Both the position numbers and the translations under genes were made by a program. A stretch of DNA of 32,000 nt from Pseudoalteromonas translucida KMM 520 (lineage in GTDB: Bacteria; Pseudomonadota; Gammaproteobacteria; Enterobacterales; Alteromonadaceae). The stretch spans positions 1,380,001 through 1,412,000 of the forward strand of contig NZ_CP011034.1 in assembly GCF_001465295.1 (NCBI RefSeq). Reading direction: 5' to 3'. Below, piece after piece: positions 25,599-32,000 of the stretch (positions are counted from its first letter, which is position 1; every line of letters starts with the position of its first letter). The notes below the pieces were generated by a model. That model saw nothing but the letters and a program-made list of their open reading frames with translations, was not told the origin of the DNA and searched no databases.

Positions 25599-28373
25599 TT
25601 AATGTTCAACTTCTATCCAGTCTTTTTCGTCTACCCAGTTTTGTGCACCGTCTTTAACTGAGCGAATTGGCACAATATAATCGCAGCTTGTTTGCGGTTT
25701 AACTGAGGCAAATATAGGGACGAAGCCAAAGCTAAGCGCGGTTTCAATAATTGCCTTTTGATTTTGCGGGTCAATGTCGGCGGCTTCATCTATGTATATA
25801 GGTATACGGTATAAGTTTTGTTCTTGTGAGCTTAACAAATAGCGAATAAACAACATACCACATAATAACTTAATAGTTATGCGCGTGCCGTTTGAACCCG
25901 CCGAGTCTATTTTGTCAAAGTGTTCGGTATCGCCTGCGCGATTGACTACTTCAAAACGAATATCAAATAAATCGGTGAGGGTAAGGCCAGCTTTGTCGGA
26001 GGCGAGCTTAATTAAATGATCTTTCGCCTCGTTTACTGCGCTTTCGCTATAGGGTTCTTGGCTGAGTAAATCCAGCGTGTCCCCTTGCTCAAACTGATGC
26101 GAGGTACTAATTATAGTATCTATGCTATCAACTAACATTTTGCGCGGTATTACATTAATTTTAAATGCTTGAAGGTTCGAAATGCGATGCTGGCTAATGC
26201 CTTTATTAAAGCTGTTCATTTCGCGGCGCAGGCGGTCTAAATCTTCGCGCAGGCCTTTAATGGTTGCGGCTACTTCAGTTAGAGCCACGCGGCCTTGGCG
26301 CTCAACGGCATCGCGTTCGTTATCAATGTTATGAAACGCACTAATGAGTTTTTGATACTTACTAAACTCATCGTTTTCGTTATCAAACTTGGTAATACCG
26401 GCGTTATAAATATGTAAATAGGTATTGCGTACGTTTATCTCAAAGTTACGCAGCTCTTGGCAGTCTTTATTAAAGTGGTGCACTAGGTCGCTTAAATTAT
26501 CAAAGTCTATTGTTACCTCTATCATGTAAGGGGTAACTTTGCCGCTGTATAAATCAAGGGTGTGGTCAATTCGCTCACTTTTAACTTGGCGCAAACGATC
26601 AGATTGGCGATTAATTTGCGCCTGTTTTGATTTAATTATTGAGCGTCGGTCGCTAATTGAGCCGCTATTTTTTTGAATGTCTTGTAGATAATCGTCAACC
26701 TGATCGCGCTCGGCTAACAGCTGCTCTTTTAGCATGGTTTGTGCTTCTGCCGATTGCAGCATAGTGTCAAACTGCTCTAAACGTTTAAGAGCGGCTTCGG
26801 CGCTCATTAGTTCATCGTACAAGGTGTCTTTTTCTTTTTGCTTGTCGGCCACATTTGCCGCTACATCGCGCTGTTGCTTAAACTCTTTTAAAGCCTGTTC
26901 AAGGGCGCTTAGCTGAGCAGTTAGTTGCTCTTTATTTTCGCCGCTTTGCATTTGTACAGGCGAGAGCTTTTTAAGCTTAATACTCGCACCAGGCAGTGTA
27001 AGTACGCCGCCTTTAACGTTTTCACTTAAGTGCGATAAAAATTCCCCAAACGCATCTTCGTCATCAATACTTATATCGCCATTGCTGGTGGTTGCAAACG
27101 AAAGCATGTCGGGGTTTAAAATGCGCGAAATTTCTTCCACTTCTTTTAACGACAGCTCTTCGCGCATGCGGGTAAATAAATTAAATTCCAAGTTTTTAAG
27201 TTGCAGCTTTAAGCTCTTAATTTGTTTTTGGGTTTCGCTAATACGGTAGTCAAGTGTATGCAGGCTTTGCCCTTGTGCGCTGGTAATAGAGTGCGAAAGC
27301 GACTCGTAGTCTTGCTTTAACTGGGTTAGGTTTGTTTTAAGCGTGGCTTTGTTAACCAGTTCAAATTCGTTTTTAAGTGCGTTAAAATCTAAAAACCATT
27401 GCTCTATTTGCGTTTGCCTGCGCTCTATATCGCGCGACTGCTGCACGTACAAACTTTGCTTTTGTTCAAACTCGTGTTTTTCGTGCTCTATGTTTTCAAG
27501 CGCTATTGCCAGCTCTTCTAGTTGCGATTCTTGGTAGTTGTCAAAGTCAATGAGTGCTTGGTCAATTTTTGGAGCATAAGCCGCTAATTTACCTTTTAGT
27601 ACAGTTTGGTTCTCTAGCATCGACTCAAGCGCGGCTATGGGCTCTTGCATCGATTCAAGGGCGTGTAACTCACGTTTACTGCGGTTTACTTTGTCGAACG
27701 AGCGACGCCACACTTCATAAAAGTCGACCTTAGAGTTAGACATGTGGCGCTCAAATACACGTAGCATAAAGCGTTTTACATCGGCGGCACCGAGTTTATG
27801 TAAGTTAAGAATACGGCGAAATATTTCTTTATAAATAGTCGAATCTTGAACGTTATTAAGCGGGATCATTTTTAAGTTGATCTCGTCGTCAAATGGGGTT
27901 GCGCCGCCGGTGAGTAGGGCGTTTAGCTCTTGCGCTTTTAGCTCTATGGGGTTGTACCCAAGCTGTTTTAAATGGCTAAACAGCTTAGTGTATTTAATAA
28001 TGGTTTTACCTTGGGTGTACTGCTCTAAATCAAGCTTACCTTGGTAGCAAAAATATTGGTGCGCATAACCGGCAATTTTCCCCAAACCCGCTACACCAAT
28101 TACTACTGAGCCATGGGGCAGGTTTGCTTCAAGCAAAATGTAGGATTGATCGGACGAAAAATAAAACTTACGGGTTTCGTCTAAATCGTGGCCATCCCAT
28201 TCGGTTAGGCGTAAATCGTTAATAAGCGGAAACTGAAGAGCATTTATTACCGAGCTTTTACCGGTATTATTAGGCGCGCAAATAGAGCTGCTTTTATCCA
28301 GCGGGATCACACATTTTGCGTAACCTGCAGTATTGAGTAGGGCGAGTTTACTTAGTCCGTATAAATTTTTCAT
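25599..28373 (-). CDS. SMC-like ATPase (MukB/MksB/JetC-like), compact 924-aa form
   Basis: An N-terminal P-loop APNNTGKS (nt 28254-28277) follows ...LALLNTAGY....IPLD. Walker B IYIDEA (nt 25782-25799) lies 60 aa from the C-terminus, with SAGSNGT about 36 aa upstream in the position of the ABC signature. The ~750 aa between the head halves are E/K/Q/L-rich heptad-like sequence. They are interrupted near the midpoint by a Gly/Pro/Asp-rich segment (...NPDMLSFATTSNGDISIDDEDAFG...GGVLTLPGAS...), consistent with a hinge. The start overlaps the upstream stop (ATGA). Confidence 0.7.
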   Translation of the reverse strand: MKNLYGLSKLALLNTAGYAKCVIPLDKSSSICAPNNTGKSSVINALQFPLINDLRLTEWDGHDLDETRKFYFSSDQSYILLEANLPHGSVVIGVAGLGKIAGYAHQYFCYQGKLDLEQYTQGKTIIKYTKLFSHLKQLGYNPIELKAQELNALLTGGATPFDDEINLKMIPLNNVQDSTIYKEIFRRILNLHKLGAADVKRFMLRVFERHMSNSKVDFYEVWRRSFDKVNRSKRELHALESMQEPIAALESMLENQTVLKGKLAAYAPKIDQALIDFDNYQESQLEELAIALENIEHEKHEFEQKQSLYVQQSRDIERRQTQIEQWFLDFNALKNEFELVNKATLKTNLTQLKQDYESLSHSITSAQGQSLHTLDYRISETQKQIKSLKLQLKNLEFNLFTRMREELSLKEVEEISRILNPDMLSFATTSNGDISIDDEDAFGEFLSHLSENVKGGVLTLPGASIKLKKLSPVQMQSGENKEQLTAQLSALEQALKEFKQQRDVAANVADKQKEKDTLYDELMSAEAALKRLEQFDTMLQSAEAQTMLKEQLLAERDQVDDYLQDIQKNSGSISDRRSIIKSKQAQINRQSDRLRQVKSERIDHTLDLYSGKVTPYMIEVTIDFDNLSDLVHHFNKDCQELRNFEINVRNTYLHIYNAGITKFDNENDEFSKYQKLISAFHNIDNERDAVERQGRVALTEVAATIKGLREDLDRLRREMNSFNKGISQHRISNLQAFKINVIPRKMLVDSIDTIISTSHQFEQGDTLDLLSQEPYSESAVNEAKDHLIKLASDKAGLTLTDLFDIRFEVVNRAGDTEHFDKIDSAGSNGTRITIKLLCGMLFIRYLLSSQEQNLYRIPIYIDEAADIDPQNQKAIIETALSFGFVPIFASVKPQTSCDYIVPIRSVKDGAQNWVDEKDWIEVEH

Positions 28374-28918
28374 TGCTCGTCCTCTGTTAGGTAGGTTTCT
28401 TCGTTTACTTCCATTAAGGCATCTATATAGCGATGAATAGGGGCTTGTAGCATAAAGCCTGCTTCTACTTCGCGTGCCAAACCTAAGCGCACCATGCGCA
28501 GGTACACGTCTTTGCGCAGATCGGAGCCCGAAAATATCTCTAGTTGATCAAACAAGTGTTTGTTAATTTGCACTAAGGTTTGCATTAACTCTAAATCGTT
28601 TACTTCGTCGAACAAGGCGCGCATTGGGTCTTTGCCGGTGTTGGCGTAGTGCTCAATTAAAATATAAATAGTGAGGGCAATAGCACGGGATATTTTGCCC
28701 ATATTGGGTGTGCTTTCGTCGCTGCTAAAGTAATAAAAGCCACGGCTGTCGTGTTTTAGCTCGTTACCTAGGGCGCTAAATAGCGCGCTGTAAGCGTCTA
28801 TGTTTTGATCCAGCTCTTGCCACATTAGGTTGTCTTGTTCGCAAATATGATAACCCGCCACTAATTTTTTATTAATTGCTTGTAAGTGGGTAAGCTCGTT
28901 TAAGTTTATTTGTGTCAT
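28370..28918 (-). CDS. Small acidic MukE/MksE/JetB-like (DUF4194-like) subunit
   Basis: The 182-aa product contains ...KKLVAGYHICEQDNLMWQELDQNIDAYSALFSALGNELKHDSRGFYYFSS.... This follows the hhxG.hI......hW..L......h..hF..hG..L..D...GFhYh pattern I associate with MksE/JetB. The C-terminus is acidic (TEDEQ). The gene sits between the kleisin-like and SMC-like genes with a 5-nt gap upstream and a 4-nt overlap downstream. Confidence 0.6.
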   Translation of the reverse strand: MTQINLNELTHLQAINKKLVAGYHICEQDNLMWQELDQNIDAYSALFSALGNELKHDSRGFYYFSSDESTPNMGKISRAIALTIYILIEHYANTGKDPMRALFDEVNDLELMQTLVQINKHLFDQLEIFSGSDLRKDVYLRMVRLGLAREVEAGFMLQAPIHRYIDALMEVNEETYLTEDEQ

Positions 28919-28923
28919 GGTGA

Positions 28924-30210
28924 TTACTCATCTGCCTTACTAGGTTTTTGCGGCTGTGAATTATAGGGATAAAGAGAAAAATACTGACCGGCAATTTTAA
29001 AGCGTGCTTTTTCATCGCTTTGGCTTTTTTCAAGCTCGTCGTCACTCACTAATTTTTGATACAAAAACAGCATTTCTTCGGCATCTAAATCGGGGTAACT
29101 TTCGTCTAAAAATTGCAGCAATGGTTGCGGCTTTTTACGTTTTGTATTGAAGCGTTTTGCAAAGCTGCTTTTAACATCGTTGTAATCGGGAATGTTTGGC
29201 GTTTGAAAAGGCGGTACATCTTGCTGATCGGGCAATTGGTATTCTTGGTGTTCAAACTCAACCAAACTTGCCATATAGGCAACTATATGACGTTGTTGCC
29301 CCAGCGAGTAACGCTGTGCGTCGCTCACAAAGTGTGGTTGCACCGCTGTTAGCATGTTGTCTACGCCATTTTTACGCACTAGCCCAAGCACTTTTGCAGC
29401 TTGGCGGGTAATTAAGTTATTTCGGCGTAGCTCTTCACGCAGCGGCATTAGCATGTCGGCACTTTTACGCAGGCTTTCGCGGCCTACTAAATGCATTTCG
29501 AGAATACGGGTACGTAATTGCTCTAGCATGCGTTTGTCGGTATATGCTTTACCCGATTGCTCAATACGCTCTATTTGCGTACTAATTTGCAGCTCTATAA
29601 GATTAAAACAGGCATGAAATTCGCCGCGAATATCAATCATTTCTAGCATTGGCTCTATGTATTCGTCAAACGCTTCTATTACCGCTTTATAACGCTTTTG
29701 CAGCGATTGCACCGCGTTATTAGATTTAGCTTGCTCAACAATATTTAAAATGGCGTTTTCGTTGTGTGCGTACAGTTTCATTATTTTGCGTACCCGATCA
29801 TCCATAATACGGCTAAAACGGCGTAAGTCGTCAAAATCTTCCACTTCGCCCGCGTTAGCTAAGCGATCGCCAAGGCGAGCTAAGTCCTCTACTAATACGC
29901 TAATTTCTTGTGCTAAACCTAAATGCTCTTCTTGCAGTAAAAATGTAGCAAAGTCGGCAATGGCACGGTTTATTTCAAGCTGCGAAGATTTAGCTAAAGG
30001 AATTATAATATCTTGATTTAACAAGCGATTAGTTTCTTTATAAATTCGCTCGTTATGCCATGTAGGTTGTTTGTGTTTAATGGCATTTTGCAAATCTTTA
30101 ATACTAAAGTCGGCCATTTTAAAACGTTTAAATAATAGCTCTAGCACCCCCCAATGTTCGCTAAGGGTATTTAATAGCTTTTTAGCTGGGATCATAAGGC
30201 GTTTATACAT
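28924..30210 (-). CDS. Kleisin-like helical protein (MukF/MksF/JetA-like)
   Basis: The 428-aa product has an N-terminal WH-like region (...LLNTLSEHWGVLELLFKRF...RLLNQDIIIPL...). A long helical middle (...EISVLVEDLARLGDRLANAGEVEDFDDLRRF...) has a layout resembling the MukF middle domain. A Pro/Gln/Asp-rich linker (QEYQLPDQQDVPPFQTPNIPDYND) and a C-terminal domain follow. It is the first gene of the operon, as in mukFEB/mksFEB/jetABC. The family call rests on architecture, not on a search. Confidence 0.5.
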   Translation of the reverse strand: MYKRLMIPAKKLLNTLSEHWGVLELLFKRFKMADFSIKDLQNAIKHKQPTWHNERIYKETNRLLNQDIIIPLAKSSQLEINRAIADFATFLLQEEHLGLAQEISVLVEDLARLGDRLANAGEVEDFDDLRRFSRIMDDRVRKIMKLYAHNENAILNIVEQAKSNNAVQSLQKRYKAVIEAFDEYIEPMLEMIDIRGEFHACFNLIELQISTQIERIEQSGKAYTDKRMLEQLRTRILEMHLVGRESLRKSADMLMPLREELRRNNLITRQAAKVLGLVRKNGVDNMLTAVQPHFVSDAQRYSLGQQRHIVAYMASLVEFEHQEYQLPDQQDVPPFQTPNIPDYNDVKSSFAKRFNTKRKKPQPLLQFLDESYPDLDAEEMLFLYQKLVSDDELEKSQSDEKARFKIAGQYFSLYPYNSQPQKPSKADE

Positions 30211-30426
30211 CCTAGTATGTTGTTAAATAACGAGCTAAATAAGCGAGTTATTCATAATTTTAATAGCGCTGATAGCACTATGGTATTCGTTTTTACAACG
30301 ATTTAATAATAGTTTTTACCAGGTCATAGTGATAACATCCGCACCGAAAATAGGCACACGAAATATGCGGCTCTATTTTCTTCATAGGTTCAATTTTTAC
30401 ATTATTCCAAAGGTTGTTCAATTATC

Positions 30427-31674
30427 ATGGTTTCCTCTATTATCCTGACTTTAATAGCGATTGCATTTTTGCTGATTGTTATTGAGGATATAATCCACGT
30501 AAACAAAGCTAAAACGACACTTTTTTTTGGTACGCTCTGCTGGATTATCTCTTTTATCTTCCCTATTAATGGGCAAAGCCCTGATACGATTCAATCACTC
30601 CTTAATCATAATATTTTAGAAATTGCCTCCTTATGGTTGTTTTTAATGGCGGCAATGACCTTTGTTGCCTATTTAAACTCAAAAGGGTTTATCGAAAATA
30701 TTGTTAACCGGATTATGCCAAAACGAATTAGCGAACGTAAGTTAATGTTTTTGGTTGGTGTTTTTGCATTTTTATTCTCTTCTATTTCCGATAACGTAAC
30801 TGCTACGCTTATATCTTTAGCGGTGGTTTTATCATTAAAACTTGAAGCCAAAAAGCTAATTAGATACGCCACGCTGATAATTTTTGCGGTTAACTCTGGT
30901 GGTGTGTCGTTAATTACCGGTGATGTAACCACGTTAATGATATTTTTAGATGGCAAAGTAACTATTAGCAATTTGTTATTGTTAATTGGGCCAGCATTTG
31001 TAAGTGTGATGCTGTTAGCTGCACTGTTATCAATAGGCTTAAATGGCCAGCTCGACTTTACTAAAACCAAGCAAAAACGCATTGAAAAAACCGATATTAC
31101 AATTGCAGTTATCTTCTTATCTACGGTTATTGCTACCTTAACACTGAGTGTTTTATACAGTGTACCGCCATTGCTTACCTTTTTGTTTGGTTTGTCTATG
31201 ATGTTTTTAGTGGCGCAATTTTTAATGCGCAAAAAAGACATAAACAAAGACATGATAGATTTTATTCGTGAAATAGAATACGACACCTTGTTGTTTTTTG
31301 TAGGTGTATTATTACTGGTAGGGGCGTTAAAAGAAGTTGGTATGTTAAGCAACTTTAGCGACCTGTACACAATAATGGCACCTGAATACGCAAACTATTT
31401 AATGGGTATATTGTCGGCAGGCGTTGATAACGTACCACTTACTGCCGCGTTATTAAAAGCAGATATAGTAATGACACAGCAGCATTGGCTGTCGTTTACT
31501 TATGCCACAGGCGTAGGGGGCTCTATGTTAATTATAGGCTCAGCGGCGGGTATTATTGCCATGAGCAAAGTTAAAGAACTGACCTTTATGAGCTATTTAC
31601 GTTTGTCGTTTTATTTATTAATTTGTTACACCGTAGGCTATACAGGCTCGTATTTAATGGCAGGTTTTGTTTAA
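30427..31674 (+). CDS. NhaD-type Na+/H+ antiporter (ArsB/NhaD permease superfamily)
   Basis: The 415-aa polytopic membrane protein has an N-terminal ...IAFLLIVIEDIIHVNKAKTTLFFGTLCW... resembling the NhaD start. Internal ...SAGVDNVPLTAALL... and ...TGVGGSMLIIGSAAG... segments are typical of this superfamily. Confidence 0.6.
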   Translation: MVSSIILTLIAIAFLLIVIEDIIHVNKAKTTLFFGTLCWIISFIFPINGQSPDTIQSLLNHNILEIASLWLFLMAAMTFVAYLNSKGFIENIVNRIMPKRISERKLMFLVGVFAFLFSSISDNVTATLISLAVVLSLKLEAKKLIRYATLIIFAVNSGGVSLITGDVTTLMIFLDGKVTISNLLLLIGPAFVSVMLLAALLSIGLNGQLDFTKTKQKRIEKTDITIAVIFLSTVIATLTLSVLYSVPPLLTFLFGLSMMFLVAQFLMRKKDINKDMIDFIREIEYDTLLFFVGVLLLVGALKEVGMLSNFSDLYTIMAPEYANYLMGILSAGVDNVPLTAALLKADIVMTQQHWLSFTYATGVGGSMLIIGSAAGIIAMSKVKELTFMSYLRLSFYLLICYTVGYTGSYLMAGFV

Positions 31675-31723
31675 TATTAGTTATTAAAGTGCTTGACAGC
31701 TAGATGTCTAAACGATAACTTTC

Positions 31724-31779
31724 AAAGCCCCAGTAAAGTATTGATCTTTTCAATATATTGCTGGGGTTTTGTTTTATTA
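31724..31779 (+). terminator. Rho-independent terminator of the NhaD-type gene
   Basis: AAAGCCCCAG...(27-nt loop with inner ATTGA/TCAAT stem)...CTGGGGTTTT is a 10-bp stem with one G.U pair, followed by GTTTTATT. Confidence 0.7.
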
Positions 31780-31811
31780 GTGATTGCTAAAATAGCCATT
31801 AATACAACATT

Positions 31812-31974
31812 CAGAAGAGGTGCGATACTTAGGTATTTAATGTGAGGTGACGAACGCCGTTGAGCATTAAAGAGGGAGGTACTCGCCGAGAAAAATAACG
31901 CGTCGTCGTCGTTGTTTTTCGGTTTATGGGGCTGAATCCTCAAAACTGTCACCAATATAGGTGGAGAGCTTCTG
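31812..31974 (+). promoter_or_regulatory. Lysine riboswitch (L-box); the regulated gene lies beyond the right edge of the window
   Basis: CAGAAGAGGTGCGA...AAAGAGGGAGGTACTCGCCGAGAAAA...ATGGGGCTGAATCCTCAAAACTGTCACCAATATAGGTGGAGAGCTTCTG reproduces the conserved L-box blocks AGAGGYGC, GGGAG..CGCCGA, GGGGCTGAATCC, CTGTCACC and GGTGGAGCRCTTCTG. These are nearly as in the E. coli lysC leader. P1 closes as CAGAAG/CTTCTG. Confidence 0.85.
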
Positions 31975-32000
31975 GCAGTGAATTTTCTTACCTTATATTT

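Noticed and set aside
30318-30386. 22-codon Cys-rich minus-strand mini-ORF (MKKIEPHISCAYFRCGCYHYDLV) upstream of the kleisin-like gene
   Set aside because: It has no SD and nothing supports translation. I note it only because it lies in the promoter region of the SMC-like operon.
30669-31370. 233-aa minus-strand ORF
   Set aside because: It is entirely antisense to the NhaD-type permease gene. Its Asn/Ile/Lys/Ser-rich composition is typical of the reverse frame of an AT-rich membrane-protein gene.
31722-31955. 77-aa minus-strand ORF from the ORF track
   Set aside because: It lies antisense across a strong terminator and a complete lysine riboswitch, has no SD, and its sequence is low-complexity. 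It is almost certainly non-coding.
1-32000. Search for mobile-element hallmarks, CRISPR arrays, tRNA/rRNA genes, and a JetD/MksG-like or other nuclease gene near the SMC-like operon
   Set aside because: No transposase or integrase-like ORF, regularly spaced direct repeats or cloverleaf-compatible segments were seen. Every ORF of 60 aa or more around 24900-31700 is accounted for by the lipoprotein, the three operon genes and the antiporter.

Overview
The window looks like a chromosomal segment of an AT-rich marine gammaproteobacterium. An Alteromonadales/Pseudoalteromonas-like origin is inferred only from gene content and order. Most of it is ordinary housekeeping and transport DNA. It holds a conserved dapB-carA-carB-greA block, an FMN riboswitch with ribB, and a divergent nitroreductase/LysR pair followed by a LysE exporter. 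It also holds an RluA-type pseudouridine synthase with a long N-terminal extension, a two-gene RND efflux operon, a TonB-dependent receptor, msrA, three Na+/H+-antiporter-type permeases (NhaC, NhaD) and a short MgtE-like channel. A lysine riboswitch runs into the right edge. The stand-out locus is a tightly coupled three-gene minus-strand operon at 25599-30210. It encodes a 428-aa helical kleisin-like protein, a 182-aa acidic MukE/MksE/JetB-like protein and a 924-aa SMC-like ATPase, which is the MukFEB/MksFEB/JetABC architecture. No JetD/MksG-type nuclease gene lies on either side, and the ATPase is unusually short with a degenerate signature motif. Secondary observations are listed below.
- A pair of inverted REP-like palindromic elements lies downstream of the TonB-dependent receptor.
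- Terminator-like leader hairpins sit directly upstream of the NhaC-family gene and of carA.
- The MgtE-like gene has a 465-nt leader with a repeated ATTAGCC motif and a 14-codon upstream ORF.
- A Fur-box-like site lies in the receptor/msrA divergent region.
No tRNA, rRNA, CRISPR array, transposase or integrase was seen. All protein family calls come from reading the supplied translations by eye; no searches were run.
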